Shown here: in pieces, positions 9,211-18,699 of the stretch
How positions within the stretch are numbered: the first letter of the stretch is position 1
How the letters are laid out: each line of letters begins with the position of its first letter
Origin: a virus
DNA length: 64,000 bases
Virus record (IMG/VR): IMGVR_UViG_3300044970_000539
Location: 41,136-105,135 of that record
Reading direction: 5' to 3' (one strand)
Made by a program: the position numbers and the translations under genes
The notes under the pieces: model-generated
Told to the model about the DNA's origin: nothing
The model's input: only the letters and a program-made list of their open reading frames with translations
Databases searched by the model: none

Positions 9211-9627
9211 ATGCAGGCTATTTTGATTATCGGCTTGACATTGATCTCTTTTTCGTCTATAATTATAGTAATGAACAAAAAAAGAAAAAACTCTTTTAAT
9301 AAAATACTATATCGTCAAAGCGATATGCATAATATATTAAAGGATTTTTTCTTTAAAGATATTTTTGATGACAAGGTTGTTACATCTCAGTCTAAAATTT
9401 GGAAAGAGAAACAGACAACCAAGGTAGTCATAATAGATCAAAAGGCATATTGGGTATCAAATAACATGTTCTATGTTGGAGATACAGTAGATGGAAAGGT
9501 CAGACCAGAAACTGGAAGACCTTTAGATACAACCAAGATGTCAAAAAAAGAAGTAGATAAGATGTTATTCATCCTGGATAACTTAAAGAATGGGAAACTA
9601 AATGATAGTGGCAGTGCAGGGAACTAA
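9211..9627 (+). CDS. Hypothetical protein with N-terminal hydrophobic segment
   Basis: AGGAG RBS; ORF. Confidence 0.7.
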   Translation: MQAILIIGLTLISFSSIIIVMNKKRKNSFNKILYRQSDMHNILKDFFFKDIFDDKVVTSQSKIWKEKQTTKVVIIDQKAYWVSNNMFYVGDTVDGKVRPETGRPLDTTKMSKKEVDKMLFILDNLKNGKLNDSGSAGN

Positions 9628-9952
9628 TGAGTTTGATGACTATAATCTATTCCTTCGTGCTATAAGCGTTGCTTTATCTGGAATGAAAGAAGAAGAAAAA
9701 GATTTTATAATTTATTCTGTTGGTCCAACAAGGGTCAACTCTTTTGTTTCAGAGTTTTCAAACCTTTCAGAAAGAGGAATGAAAGCAAGGGGTCGTAAGA
9801 TAAAGTTTTATAAAGTTCCAGAAAGTTGGGTACATGACAACATGGACAGCGTAAACTATTTTGCATTTCTTAGCAAACCAAAAGAGCCAGTATCCAAACT
9901 AACTACTTTTGCAGAATCAAAAAATGTAGAAGTAGGAATATTCCGTTACTAA
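9602..9952 (+). CDS. Hypothetical protein, possibly SLOG/YspA-like
   Basis: N-terminal IVAVQGTNEFDDY resembles SLOG-family starts. Confidence 0.5.
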   Translation: MIVAVQGTNEFDDYNLFLRAISVALSGMKEEEKDFIIYSVGPTRVNSFVSEFSNLSERGMKARGRKIKFYKVPESWVHDNMDSVNYFAFLSKPKEPVSKLTTFAESKNVEVGIFRY

Positions 9953-9965
9953 AAGAAAGAATACA

Positions 9966-10175
9966 ATGATAATTAATTCGTTAGCACAAATGGAAAAGAT
10001 TGTTTCAAAGAACAAAGAACTTGAATGGGTTGGCTGGGATGTTGTTGAACGCAAGCGATCAGACCTTGCAAGAACATCACCAAGCGGAGTTCGTGTAAAA
10101 AATGCATGGTACCTACAAAAAACTTTTAACCTTAATCGTAATGGTTGGGATATTCCAAACAAATACGGTCAGTAA
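9966..10175 (+). CDS. Hypothetical protein
   Basis: ORF in operon. Confidence 0.7.
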   Translation: MIINSLAQMEKIVSKNKELEWVGWDVVERKRSDLARTSPSGVRVKNAWYLQKTFNLNRNGWDIPNKYGQ

Positions 10176-10460
10176 ATGAAGCAACATTTATGGAAAGATC
10201 AAGCAGCGTGTCTTGGTCTTGATACTAATATCTTTTTTGATAAGTATGAAGACAATGTAGATGTGCGCCCAATTGTAGATTCAATGTGCCAAAGGTGTCC
10301 AGTATCAAAGGTTTGCTTTGCTAACGGTGTTTCTGGTAAAGAGTACGGTGTATGGGGTGGGGTGTTCCTTGAACTTGGAAATATATCTAGAGAGTTTAAT
10401 AAACACAAAACCAAACAAGACTGGGCTAATACTTGGCAAGCATTGACAATGGAGAAATAA
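10176..10460 (+). CDS. whiB: WhiB-family Fe-S transcription factor
   Basis: W..QAAC...FF...C.RCPV..VC...EYGVWGG. Confidence 0.92.
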   Translation: MKQHLWKDQAACLGLDTNIFFDKYEDNVDVRPIVDSMCQRCPVSKVCFANGVSGKEYGVWGGVFLELGNISREFNKHKTKQDWANTWQALTMEK

Positions 10461-10691
10461 TTGTACACTGATCAAATGCGTAGAGCCTTTCACTCTGTAG
10501 TACCTCCAAAGGGTTTTGCTATAGAGTTAATTGATAATGAACACTTTTTAACTATTAAGTTAAATGAACTTAAGTTTGCAAACATGGTTCATGACGATAA
10601 AATACAGGCTCTTCAATATGTTTTAAATTTAAAGAAAGCATTGGAAATGGAAGGGGCTATCGTCCTAGTAACAAGAGAGGCAATAAAGTGA
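10461..10691 (+). CDS. Hypothetical protein
   Basis: TTG start after GGAG; operon context. Confidence 0.7.
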   Translation: MYTDQMRRAFHSVVPPKGFAIELIDNEHFLTIKLNELKFANMVHDDKIQALQYVLNLKKALEMEGAIVLVTREAIK

Positions 10692-11602
10692 AAATCTTTG
10701 TATCTATTGCATCTTATCGTGATCCAGAACTTCAATGGACAATTAAAAGTGCTATTACAAATGCAAATAATCCAGACAATCTATATTTTGGTGTTGTTCA
10801 TCAGGGAGTTGATTCAGAACTGTTTGATATTCAGGAAATTAAAAACATATCTATAACTAAAATGCATCCAAAAGAAGCAAGAGGTGCAGGATATGCAAGA
10901 GCAAAAGCAATGGAGTTATACTCTGGACAAGAGTATTTTCTTCAAATTGATTCACATACTAGATTTGTTCCTGGTTGGGACTCTATATCTATTGATCAGT
11001 TGAATAGGGCTAAGAATATATCTGGCCATAGTCGTGTATTGTTATCATACTTTCCTGCCCCGTTTGAGCCAGAAAGAAATGGCGGTATGTATTTAATTAC
11101 AAACAACCCAAAAGTAAAGCCATATCCAACTAGACAAAAGATATCATTAAATAAAAGAAAACAGTGGACAGCAGAAAGACTTGAGTTTAATAACAAACTA
11201 AAAGAAGATCCAGAACTTTCTGAAACAGTTCTTGGTGGCTTTATGTTTTCAGATGGTTCAATAGTTAGTGAAGTTCCTTATGATTCAGAAATTAGTTTCT
11301 TTGGTGAAGAGATTTGTTTTGCTATGAGATCATGGACAAGAGGATGGGATATATATTCTCCTTCAAAAAATATTGTATACCACTTTTATTCTCGTGGAGG
11401 ATACAGTAAGATATGGAAAGATAGAAATCTACGTGGAATATCTTGGAAAGAGTTAGAAGAAATATCATACAACAAACAAAAAAGAATTCTTTGTGGTGAA
11501 GAAGAAGGTGTGTTTGGTGCTGGAAACGTTAGAACCCTTGCCGAGTATGAGATCTTTACTAATACTAACTTTAAAGATTTTTATAGTTTGACAAAACCTT
11601 AG
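10688..11602 (+). CDS. GlcNAc-transferase (GT60 / Skp1-hydroxyproline GlcNAc-transferase-like)
   Basis: IFVSIASYRDPEL, ARG.GYAR, YFLQIDSHTRF..GWD, F.GEE...R.WT.GWDIY.P. Confidence 0.85.
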   Translation: MKIFVSIASYRDPELQWTIKSAITNANNPDNLYFGVVHQGVDSELFDIQEIKNISITKMHPKEARGAGYARAKAMELYSGQEYFLQIDSHTRFVPGWDSISIDQLNRAKNISGHSRVLLSYFPAPFEPERNGGMYLITNNPKVKPYPTRQKISLNKRKQWTAERLEFNNKLKEDPELSETVLGGFMFSDGSIVSEVPYDSEISFFGEEICFAMRSWTRGWDIYSPSKNIVYHFYSRGGYSKIWKDRNLRGISWKELEEISYNKQKRILCGEEEGVFGAGNVRTLAEYEIFTNTNFKDFYSLTKP

Positions 11603-11622
11603 TGTTAGGATATAATTAAAAC

Positions 11623-12069
11623 ATGTGGAGTGGTGATATGAAAGATATTTTTATTGTTGTTTTTGCAACATTGTCAGTTTGCTTTGCAGCATCATATATT
11701 TTAGTCTTAGGACAGTCCATTAAACTTAAAAGAGATGTTTCAAAACTTTTTATTGAAAAGACTTTGCTTCAAGAATATGTTGATATAACTAAGTCTACAA
11801 AAATAAAAGAAGATTCAGATGACTCAATACACAAAGAAAACTTTATTAAGTTTCTTTCTGATTCTAGACTATGGGCATTTGAATATATTGAGAATGTACA
11901 AAAAGGTTTAACTAAATTTGTTAATGATGTTGATGCAGACATATCATACTTTGATGAATATGGAGAAGCCTTATCTATGTCAAGACCAGACTATCCATCT
12001 ATGAAGAATATTTCAAAAGCATATAAAGAATTAAAAACACTATTACCAGAAGATGAAATAAAACAATGA
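11623..12069 (+). CDS. Hypothetical membrane-anchored protein
   Basis: N-terminal TM; TTGACA/TATAAT promoter upstream. Confidence 0.7.
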   Translation: MWSGDMKDIFIVVFATLSVCFAASYILVLGQSIKLKRDVSKLFIEKTLLQEYVDITKSTKIKEDSDDSIHKENFIKFLSDSRLWAFEYIENVQKGLTKFVNDVDADISYFDEYGEALSMSRPDYPSMKNISKAYKELKTLLPEDEIKQ

Positions 12070-12224
12070 GAGATATATTGTTGTCAACACTAACAGGTTT
12101 TGGATGTGGTGTAGTATTTGCTGCATTCAAATTGCCAGTTCCAGCACCGCCAGTTTTTGCGGGAGTCGCAGGAATTGTAGGGCTGTGGGCTGGATATGCT
12201 ATACTAATAAAGGTTCTATCCTAG
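12066..12224 (+). CDS. XapX/DUF1427-like small membrane protein
   Basis: GFGCGVVFAAFKLPVPAPPVFAGVAGIVGLWAG. Confidence 0.75.
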   Translation: MRDILLSTLTGFGCGVVFAAFKLPVPAPPVFAGVAGIVGLWAGYAILIKVLS

Positions 12225-12232
12225 GAGGAAAA

Positions 12233-12502
12233 ATGAACACAGAACAACTAAAGGCAGTACTTGCATCATACGGACGTTCAGTCCTTGCATCAGGCCTTGC
12301 ACTATACATGGCAGGCGTAACAGATCCAAAGGATCTATGGACTGCACTTGTTGCTGCAGTTGCGCCAGTTGCAATTAGAGCAATCAACCCTAATGACAAG
12401 GCGTTTGGCGTATTGCCAGATGCTAAGGAAGTAGAGAAGGCTCTTAAGGGTGCAAAGGCACCCGTAAAGAAGGCTGCTAAGAAGGCTGCTCCAAAGAAGT
12501 AA
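12233..12502 (+). CDS. Holin-like membrane protein
   Basis: AGGAGG RBS; two hydrophobic segments, NP.D..FG motif, basic tail. Confidence 0.6.
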   Translation: MNTEQLKAVLASYGRSVLASGLALYMAGVTDPKDLWTALVAAVAPVAIRAINPNDKAFGVLPDAKEVEKALKGAKAPVKKAAKKAAPKK

Positions 12503-12519
12503 TATTTACTTACAGAATT

Positions 12520-12547
12520 GCCAGTCTAGAAATAGGCTGGCTTTTTT
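12520..12547 (+). terminator. Intrinsic terminator
   Basis: GCCAGTCTA-GAAA-TAGGCTGGC followed by T6, between convergent genes. Confidence 0.85.
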
Positions 12548-12550
12548 GTT

Positions 12551-13585
12551 TTATGAATTAATTAAATCAATATACTTTTGTTTTAGTGAGTCTATTGAAA
12601 AGTTATTGTTGCCAAGATCAAATGCTTTATCTTTTAACTTGGGAATATCTAAGCCATAATAATCATCAACTAATTTACCAAGCATTTTAGCATTTCCATC
12701 ATAAACATCAAGCATTGTTCTTGTCTGTAGTTCGTCAATCTTATTAGATTCAAATAACCACTCCTCTGGTAAAACCTTATTGTTTGGAGATATGTTAGTC
12801 ATAAAAACAGGCAGGGAACTGATTAAAGCCTCATTCATAGGAAGACATAGGCCAGCATACCTTCTAGGCAATATCATAGCGTCAAAGCCCTCATACAGGC
12901 TCTGATGGCTATCTGGGTTTGATTTGTCAATGGTTAATCTTGGATCATTGCATTTTATGTCTAAATTGCTCTGGGTTCTTATTACTAACTCATAATCACC
13001 GATAGAATAATTAAGCATTTCAATTACTGTGTCAGTACCGTTTCTATCTTTGGCTGCAGCCTTCCCAGCAATGTGTAATAATCTTTTATGTGTTTTGCTT
13101 GTATTTATTTCTCTTGCATTAGAAAATAAGTTAATGTCAGTCGGCGGCGGTATATGAACAACCCTTGTTTTATCTCCAAATTTACTAACAACATCTTCAA
13201 AGTTCCATAGACTAGGAGCAACAAGAACATCAGGCAATGTTTGATTAGGGTTTGCTAAATAATCTAAAAACTCATAGTTATACTGCAATATTGTTTTTAT
13301 TCCACGACTTTTTGCAAGATCAACAAACTTTGGATTATAAAATAATTCACAACTAAGAACTACGTCAATGTCTTTTAAAAATTCTAAGATTTCATTTGTA
13401 TTTGGAAAACCTTTGATTGTGGTTTGACAGTTGTATCCTTCGTACCATTCAGGATGCTGCTTGTTTTGATTAAAAAATCTTGAGTTAATAAGCATAATCT
13501 TATCAGGATTAAGCATGTTTACTAACTCTCTTGTTTGATTACCAAGACCTGTGTTGTCTGATCTTGCAATTATTCCTAGTCTCAT
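12551..13585 (-). CDS. Glycosyltransferase (GT-B/GT4-like)
   Basis: LPRRYAGLCLPMNEAL...PV motif. Confidence 0.8.
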   Translation of the reverse strand: MRLGIIARSDNTGLGNQTRELVNMLNPDKIMLINSRFFNQNKQHPEWYEGYNCQTTIKGFPNTNEILEFLKDIDVVLSCELFYNPKFVDLAKSRGIKTILQYNYEFLDYLANPNQTLPDVLVAPSLWNFEDVVSKFGDKTRVVHIPPPTDINLFSNAREINTSKTHKRLLHIAGKAAAKDRNGTDTVIEMLNYSIGDYELVIRTQSNLDIKCNDPRLTIDKSNPDSHQSLYEGFDAMILPRRYAGLCLPMNEALISSLPVFMTNISPNNKVLPEEWLFESNKIDELQTRTMLDVYDGNAKMLGKLVDDYYGLDIPKLKDKAFDLGNNNFSIDSLKQKYIDLINS

Positions 13586-14244
13586 GAGTCCATATCTTTA
13601 TATAGTTGTTTTAATCCATTAAGCGTTCCTATGTCCATATACTTACCGCCAGGACTTACAGATCTAATATTAAGACTCATATCTATCCAATCCTGTATTT
13701 GTTTTCCTGGATGCTCTAGTAATGGATCAATATATCTAATAAGGTTTTTACGAAACAACATTGTCCCCCACATATCTGGGTAATCACAGTCAGATACTTT
13801 GTCTCTAGATGACATAACCTTGCCTTCAGATATTGATACTTGTCCAACTCTACCCTTAAGTTCTGGATCACAACTCCAGGTTCCAAGAACCAGATCTCCA
13901 GAAGTATCCATCATATCTTTATAAATATTGGTTTTGCATCCAAGAATATATGTGTCTGGCATTCCAATTAAAACGGTATCGTTATAATCTCCAACCATAA
14001 ACTTAACAGCATCAGACATAGTTGAAGGTTCACGAACAACTAACTTTATATCCATATTCATATTTTGAATAATAGGAACCCATTCAGCCCTTGTTGAAAC
14101 TCTAACTTCATCACATACCTCTAGCATTTGATTAACGTGCCATTGAAGTATAGATTCTTTTTCTGAAACTGGAAGACAAAACTTTGGAATACCACCTATT
14201 CTAGATGCTTTTCCTGATGCTGGTAGGATTCCTATTGTAGCCAT
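13582..14244 (-). CDS. Sugar-phosphate nucleotidyltransferase
   Basis: GILPASGKASRIGGIPKFCLPV; YMDIGT. Confidence 0.85.
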   Translation of the reverse strand: MATIGILPASGKASRIGGIPKFCLPVSEKESILQWHVNQMLEVCDEVRVSTRAEWVPIIQNMNMDIKLVVREPSTMSDAVKFMVGDYNDTVLIGMPDTYILGCKTNIYKDMMDTSGDLVLGTWSCDPELKGRVGQVSISEGKVMSSRDKVSDCDYPDMWGTMLFRKNLIRYIDPLLEHPGKQIQDWIDMSLNIRSVSPGGKYMDIGTLNGLKQLYKDMDS

Positions 14245-15032
14245 TACCTTAACCCATATTTTTTCTTTAATGTTGCTATATCATTTACTGGCCAATAGTC
14301 TAAAGATTTTGTTGGATCATTAAATGGGTTCTTATATTCTCCCCAACCTTCCCTTGTTCTATCCCCGCCCCACTTGGCCTTAAAGTAATCGTGAAGAGGT
14401 TCAATGTTAATTCTTAGTCCGTCTATTGTTGCGCCTCCGTCTATTTGACATGTTACATCAACTTCTGCAGCAGGTGCGTTTATTCTCATTACATAACTTA
14501 TAGGTGCATTAGGATGTACAAACTGACTACGCCAAGAAACTGCAACATCTGAATCAGGATTATTTATAACTTGTTCTTCAAGTATTCTGCACCTTTGATC
14601 CCAGTCACAATCATCAAAATTATATGGATAAAAATTTTCATCAAAATATCCAATTGCTTCAACCAATTTTTTGTTTATTCCAGCCAAATGCCATCCATGC
14701 TGTGTTCTAAACATTAAACCATTAAAGCCATTAAGCATATCAACTATATGAGAAAAGGGTTGATTAAACAACATTGAAGACGAAACAAAAAAGGTCCAGT
14801 CGTGATTCTTTTTTAATCCTATGTTCCATGCTCTGGCTAAACCAATATTTTCTGATTGATACTCTACCTGAAAGCCATACTTCTTCTCAAATACTTCACA
14901 CTCTCTGTTGCCACTATTGTCTATAAGTAAAACATTTTTATCTTTTATAGACTCCATGCATTTGTAGATTCTTTCTGTTACCCTGTAAACAGGTATACAA
15001 ATTAAATAATCAATCTCAGTATCTATTTGCAT
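14244..15032 (-). CDS. Glycosyltransferase family 2
   Basis: ICIPVY, LLIDNS, NIGLARAWN.G, IGYFDENF..Y.FDDCDW. Confidence 0.85.
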   Translation of the reverse strand: MQIDTEIDYLICIPVYRVTERIYKCMESIKDKNVLLIDNSGNRECEVFEKKYGFQVEYQSENIGLARAWNIGLKKNHDWTFFVSSSMLFNQPFSHIVDMLNGFNGLMFRTQHGWHLAGINKKLVEAIGYFDENFYPYNFDDCDWDQRCRILEEQVINNPDSDVAVSWRSQFVHPNAPISYVMRINAPAAEVDVTCQIDGGATIDGLRINIEPLHDYFKAKWGGDRTREGWGEYKNPFNDPTKSLDYWPVNDIATLKKKYGLR

Positions 15033-15711
15033 AAATATATCCTCCTCTTTCAGGGCTACCCAAAATATCAATTCCAAACTGTTTTGAAAGTTTTTCAATC
15101 ATTTGGCCAAATCTTCCATCAAAAGATTTATCAAATTCAAGAACTAATCTGTTTATCTTTGCTAAAGTTTCTGCGGGGGTATTTATAATAAGATCAAACT
15201 CTGCACCCTCTATATCAATCTTCATGACATCAACCTCTTTGATATCATAAGTTGAAAATAAGGTTTCTAAAGTTATTGCTAAGACTTCTGAATTATCTTC
15301 TTCTATGTCTACAATACTACTGTTGCCACCACGATTACTGATTGAAACCATCTTTTCTTCATACCAGATAGCATTATTTACTATAGTAATGTTTTCAGTA
15401 GGGTTATTTTCTATATTTTGACTAAGTAGATATAGGTTATTTGGCTCTGGTTCTACAGCGTATACTTTGATTTTACTATCATCTGGTCTATCTTTATTAA
15501 AACTATCTACAAAAAGGCTAACTGCTCCAATATTTGCACCAACATCAACAAAAACACCACCACCAAAGAATTGGCCTTGATGTATTCTATATACATTTTC
15601 TATCCATGTTTCGTTAACTACTTTAAAGTCAAGGTTATGATCATAACTAGGATCTTCTGTATACTCTCTTATTTGAAAATTATAGTTTTCGTGGTTTAAG
15701 ATAGATGTCAT
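15016..15711 (-). CDS. FkbM-family methyltransferase
   Basis: FVDVGANIG, AVEPEP.N, MKIDIEGAE. Confidence 0.9.
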   Translation of the reverse strand: MTSILNHENYNFQIREYTEDPSYDHNLDFKVVNETWIENVYRIHQGQFFGGGVFVDVGANIGAVSLFVDSFNKDRPDDSKIKVYAVEPEPNNLYLLSQNIENNPTENITIVNNAIWYEEKMVSISNRGGNSSIVDIEEDNSEVLAITLETLFSTYDIKEVDVMKIDIEGAEFDLIINTPAETLAKINRLVLEFDKSFDGRFGQMIEKLSKQFGIDILGSPERGGYIYANRY

Positions 15712-16649
15712 AGGTTTAATTCTTTCAATATGTTTTGCCATCTATTTTTATAAGTATAATTAGACTTAACTAATTCATGACCTGCTTTTCTAATTGCTTC
15801 ACGCTCTTCATCATGTTCTATATAGTAATCAATTAGTTCTTTTAGTTGATTGAAGTTGCCGTACTCATAAAATACCAAATGTTTTTTGTCTTCAAACTCT
15901 CTTTCCATACCTTGGACATATGGGTGAATCATAAAGCCACCACGACCCAAGGTTTCATAAACACGATCAGACCAGTAATCTGGGTAATCAAAGTTTATAC
16001 AAAGAGTATCACCAACAACAACTTTTGTAGACCAATAAAGTTTATTAAGTTTTAGTCCACGAATTGATGGCAATCCACCACTTCCATAATGCTTAAAGTT
16101 ATTTCTATATTTATCTTCAAGCCAATTAATAAGTTCAGTTCTGTAGTTCCACTCTGGATGATACTTCTTGCTACCGACAAATATAACTTGGTTGTTTAAT
16201 TCTGACTCTTTATATATACACTCTTGATCATAAACTCCAGCAGGTACATAATGACCAATTACATTTGTTTTTGCATTAAACCATTCAGACATTTTTTTGT
16301 CTACCGTAAAGAAGTGCCCAATGTGTTTATATACTGGGTGAGTATCTAGATCTTTTTGTCTTTGTAGTCCAAACCAAAGATCAAGGTGATATGTCATTGT
16401 TGGGATATTATAATCTCTAAGTGTTAGCAACACCTTGTCCATTTCAAACTTTCCAGGAGTCTTCCAACCGTGTGTGTGAATCCATATGAAAAGATCTGAG
16501 TCAACAGAAGACTTTAATATGTCTTCGCTCTTAGCCTCTGTTTCTTGTAATCTTATTACTTTGTGTCCCAAAGATTCCAGGGTATTGGCATGGTGACTTT
16601 CACTAGTATAATCAACACGAAAGTTACCAAGAAAAACTATTTTTGCCAC
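15708..16649 (-). CDS. Glycosyltransferase (CgeB/GT1-like)
   Basis: YWSDRVYETLGRGGF...YY.EHDEERE.IR..G...TYKNRW. Confidence 0.85.
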   Translation of the reverse strand: MAKIVFLGNFRVDYTSESHHANTLESLGHKVIRLQETEAKSEDILKSSVDSDLFIWIHTHGWKTPGKFEMDKVLLTLRDYNIPTMTYHLDLWFGLQRQKDLDTHPVYKHIGHFFTVDKKMSEWFNAKTNVIGHYVPAGVYDQECIYKESELNNQVIFVGSKKYHPEWNYRTELINWLEDKYRNNFKHYGSGGLPSIRGLKLNKLYWSTKVVVGDTLCINFDYPDYWSDRVYETLGRGGFMIHPYVQGMEREFEDKKHLVFYEYGNFNQLKELIDYYIEHDEEREAIRKAGHELVKSNYTYKNRWQNILKELNL

Positions 16650-16678
16650 AAATACCCCTTTGTTTTCATCTATTATAG

Positions 16679-16750
16679 CATCTCTGGTAGGATTTGAACC
16701 TACGACCTACACCTTAGAAGGGTGTCACTCTTCCGCTGAGTTACAGAGAT
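16679..16750 (-). tRNA. tRNA-Arg(TCT)
   Basis: ATCTCTG/CAGAGAT; ACACC-CTTCTAA-GGTGT; GGTTCAAATCC. Confidence 0.9.
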
Positions 16751-16754
16751 TTAG

Positions 16755-16825
16755 TAGACCTAGAAGGTAATGCTCCTTCTTCTCAGGATTAAAAGTCCTG
16801 AGCATCACTTTAATGCTTTAGGTCC
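16755..16825 (-). tRNA. tRNA-Lys(TTT), non-canonical D and T loops
   Basis: GGACCTA/TAGGTCT; CAGGA-CTTTTAA-TCCTG; T-arm GAAGG-AGCATTA-CCTTC. Confidence 0.7.
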
Positions 16826-16829
16826 ATAG

Positions 16830-16903
16830 TACATCTGGAAGGACTTGAACCTTCGGCTCTCTGCATATAAGGCAGGTACTCTAACCAACTGAGTTACAGA
16901 TGC
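16830..16903 (-). tRNA. tRNA-Ile(TAT)
   Basis: GCATCTG/CAGATGT; CCTGC-CTTATAT-GCAGA; GGTTCAAGTCC. Confidence 0.85.
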
Positions 16904-16907
16904 TTAG

Positions 16908-16982
16908 TACACCAGGTAGGACTTGAACCTACGAATAGCCGAATTATGAGTTCGGTGCCTTAACCAACTTGGCTACTGGTGC
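16908..16982 (-). tRNA. tRNA with CAT anticodon (elongator Met or Ile2)
   Basis: GCACCAG/CTGGTGT; CCGAA-CTCATAA-TTCGG; lacks the initiator GGG/CCC anticodon stem. Confidence 0.88.
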
Positions 16983-16998
16983 TTGCTTTATAAGTATA

Positions 16999-17439
16999 TT
17001 AAAATTCTTTATCAAAGTCAAGCCAGTACTGTTTAAAGTTATCTCTTGGTTCAAGATATCTAACCTCATCAATAATTTTATGTTTTAATGCAGTCTTAAT
17101 CATGTTATCAGAATAACTTCCTGGTTCTGGTTTGGCAGAAAAATAAACAACATAGTATAAAACATTAGAAGTTTTTATTAATGCACCATTAGCAATTGCT
17201 TTTTTAACATTGTCAGTTCTTTGTGCTCCTGGTCTTTTACCCTCACCAGAAAGGCCACCCTTTGCTTCAATATACTCAAAGGTTGTTTTAGAGTGTGCAC
17301 GAAAGTCTACTTCACAACCAACATTCTCAAAGCAATAATTTCTATCAATAGGACCAAAACCCCTACTAACCAAATCTGCGTATACAAGTTCTTCAAAAGC
17401 GTCTCCTGACTTTTTAGATTGTGATTGAAAGTTTTCCAT
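16999..17439 (-). CDS. PD-(D/E)XK-family endonuclease
   Basis: G..FEE, EVDF...IEAKG motifs. Confidence 0.7.
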   Translation of the reverse strand: MENFQSQSKKSGDAFEELVYADLVSRGFGPIDRNYCFENVGCEVDFRAHSKTTFEYIEAKGGLSGEGKRPGAQRTDNVKKAIANGALIKTSNVLYYVVYFSAKPEPGSYSDNMIKTALKHKIIDEVRYLEPRDNFKQYWLDFDKEF

Positions 17440-17451
17440 ATGTTTATTGTA

Positions 17452-17673
17452 TCAGTTTACTGTTTCTTTAGACCAACGTAAAAATGACTTAATGTAAACG
17501 GCAGTGTATGCAAGAGCAGCAAATATAAATCCGTACTGCTCAGTGGCAAGTGCAAAAATGATCCATAGACACTCATTAAATATAAGCCATAGCCAGGCCC
17601 ATTTCTTTTTACGACCAACAAAGTAAATTCCAGACACACCTATCACTGCAAGAACCCATGAGTACCACTCCAT
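17452..17673 (-). CDS. PnuC-like small membrane protein
   Basis: Three hydrophobic helices; W..W...E.LW...A....QYG pattern. Confidence 0.55.
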   Translation of the reverse strand: MEWYSWVLAVIGVSGIYFVGRKKKWAWLWLIFNECLWIIFALATEQYGFIFAALAYTAVYIKSFLRWSKETVN

Positions 17674-18006
17674 ATTAGTCCTGCTTAACTTTATATGTCA
17701 TAACAAGATAGCAAATTGAATACCCAGCAACAAATGTAGGGATCAAAAATAAAATATTAATCATCTTCTTCCTCAAATTCTCTAAGGGCGTTGCTATTAT
17801 CATTACAATAATTACAATCGCCATATTCTACTCTATTACCACAGTAGTTACAAAACATTTATTATTCTACCAAATTTTCTTTTATTTCTTTTAAAACATT
17901 ATTTTTAATTTTAAACATGTTGTAATACTCATCAAGACTTCTTATTTTAACCCTTCTATTAGATTTTGAATTAATAACTAAGTCTTTATAATAATATAAT
18001 TTATCA

Positions 18007-18699
18007 TTATTCATATGTTTTTTTAAACCACTTATTATTCTTATAGTTTCCATAAAAAACATTCATAGATCTTGCTCTTTCATCATTATCCTCTTGTTGC
18101 ATACTTAAATCTTTTTCTGCTTTCCAGTTTTCTCTTTTAAATGGAAGAATTTGTAAAATTGGAGTTCCCTTTTCTATTAAACCAGAAAACCCAGTTTTTA
18201 AGAAAAATGGAACTTGACCACCAAACATAATTTTTTCTGCATCAACAATTCCAGTGGAACTTAAAAATGGAAGTTCATATCTATTAAATGGATGAGAAAT
18301 AAGCAAGGAGTATCCTGGAGGAGTTTTCATTGCATATGGCAATCTCCACATATAATGCATTGTTTCATCATATCCAGCAGGTGTTGGAACGTTTGTTGTT
18401 TCAGATTTTCTTTGTTGAAATGGTGGAACATTTCCAGCCCACTTAATTGACTTATCTTTTTCATCAAAAAATATATCACACCAAAGTTCAATTGTGTATC
18501 CAGATAGAAGAGTATCAAAAAATGGAATACAAGATTTTAGATTTTTTGCTGCATTATTATTTTTATCAAAAACCATGTTTGATTTATTATATGCTTTTAT
18601 GGATTTAAACCAGTCTGGAATATAATTTTTTGATGGACCTATATCATCAATTCCAGTATCTAATGGTGTATATTTAAAAATATTTTTGTTTTTCCACAT
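18007..18699 (-). CDS. Hypothetical protein (dUTPase-like/DUF6065-like family)
   Basis: IPDWFK, C.PF.D, KTPPGYS, GIVD, KGTPI.Q..PFKRE; related to 34248, 35225, 37463. Confidence 0.65.
   Translation of the reverse strand: MWKNKNIFKYTPLDTGIDDIGPSKNYIPDWFKSIKAYNKSNMVFDKNNNAAKNLKSCIPFFDTLLSGYTIELWCDIFFDEKDKSIKWAGNVPPFQQRKSETTNVPTPAGYDETMHYMWRLPYAMKTPPGYSLLISHPFNRYELPFLSSTGIVDAEKIMFGGQVPFFLKTGFSGLIEKGTPILQILPFKRENWKAEKDLSMQQEDNDERARSMNVFYGNYKNNKWFKKTYE

Noticed and set aside
12104-12232. Cys-rich N-terminal extension of the 12104..12502 ORF
   Set aside because: Overlaps the XapX-like gene in another frame; the true start is 12233 after AGGAGG
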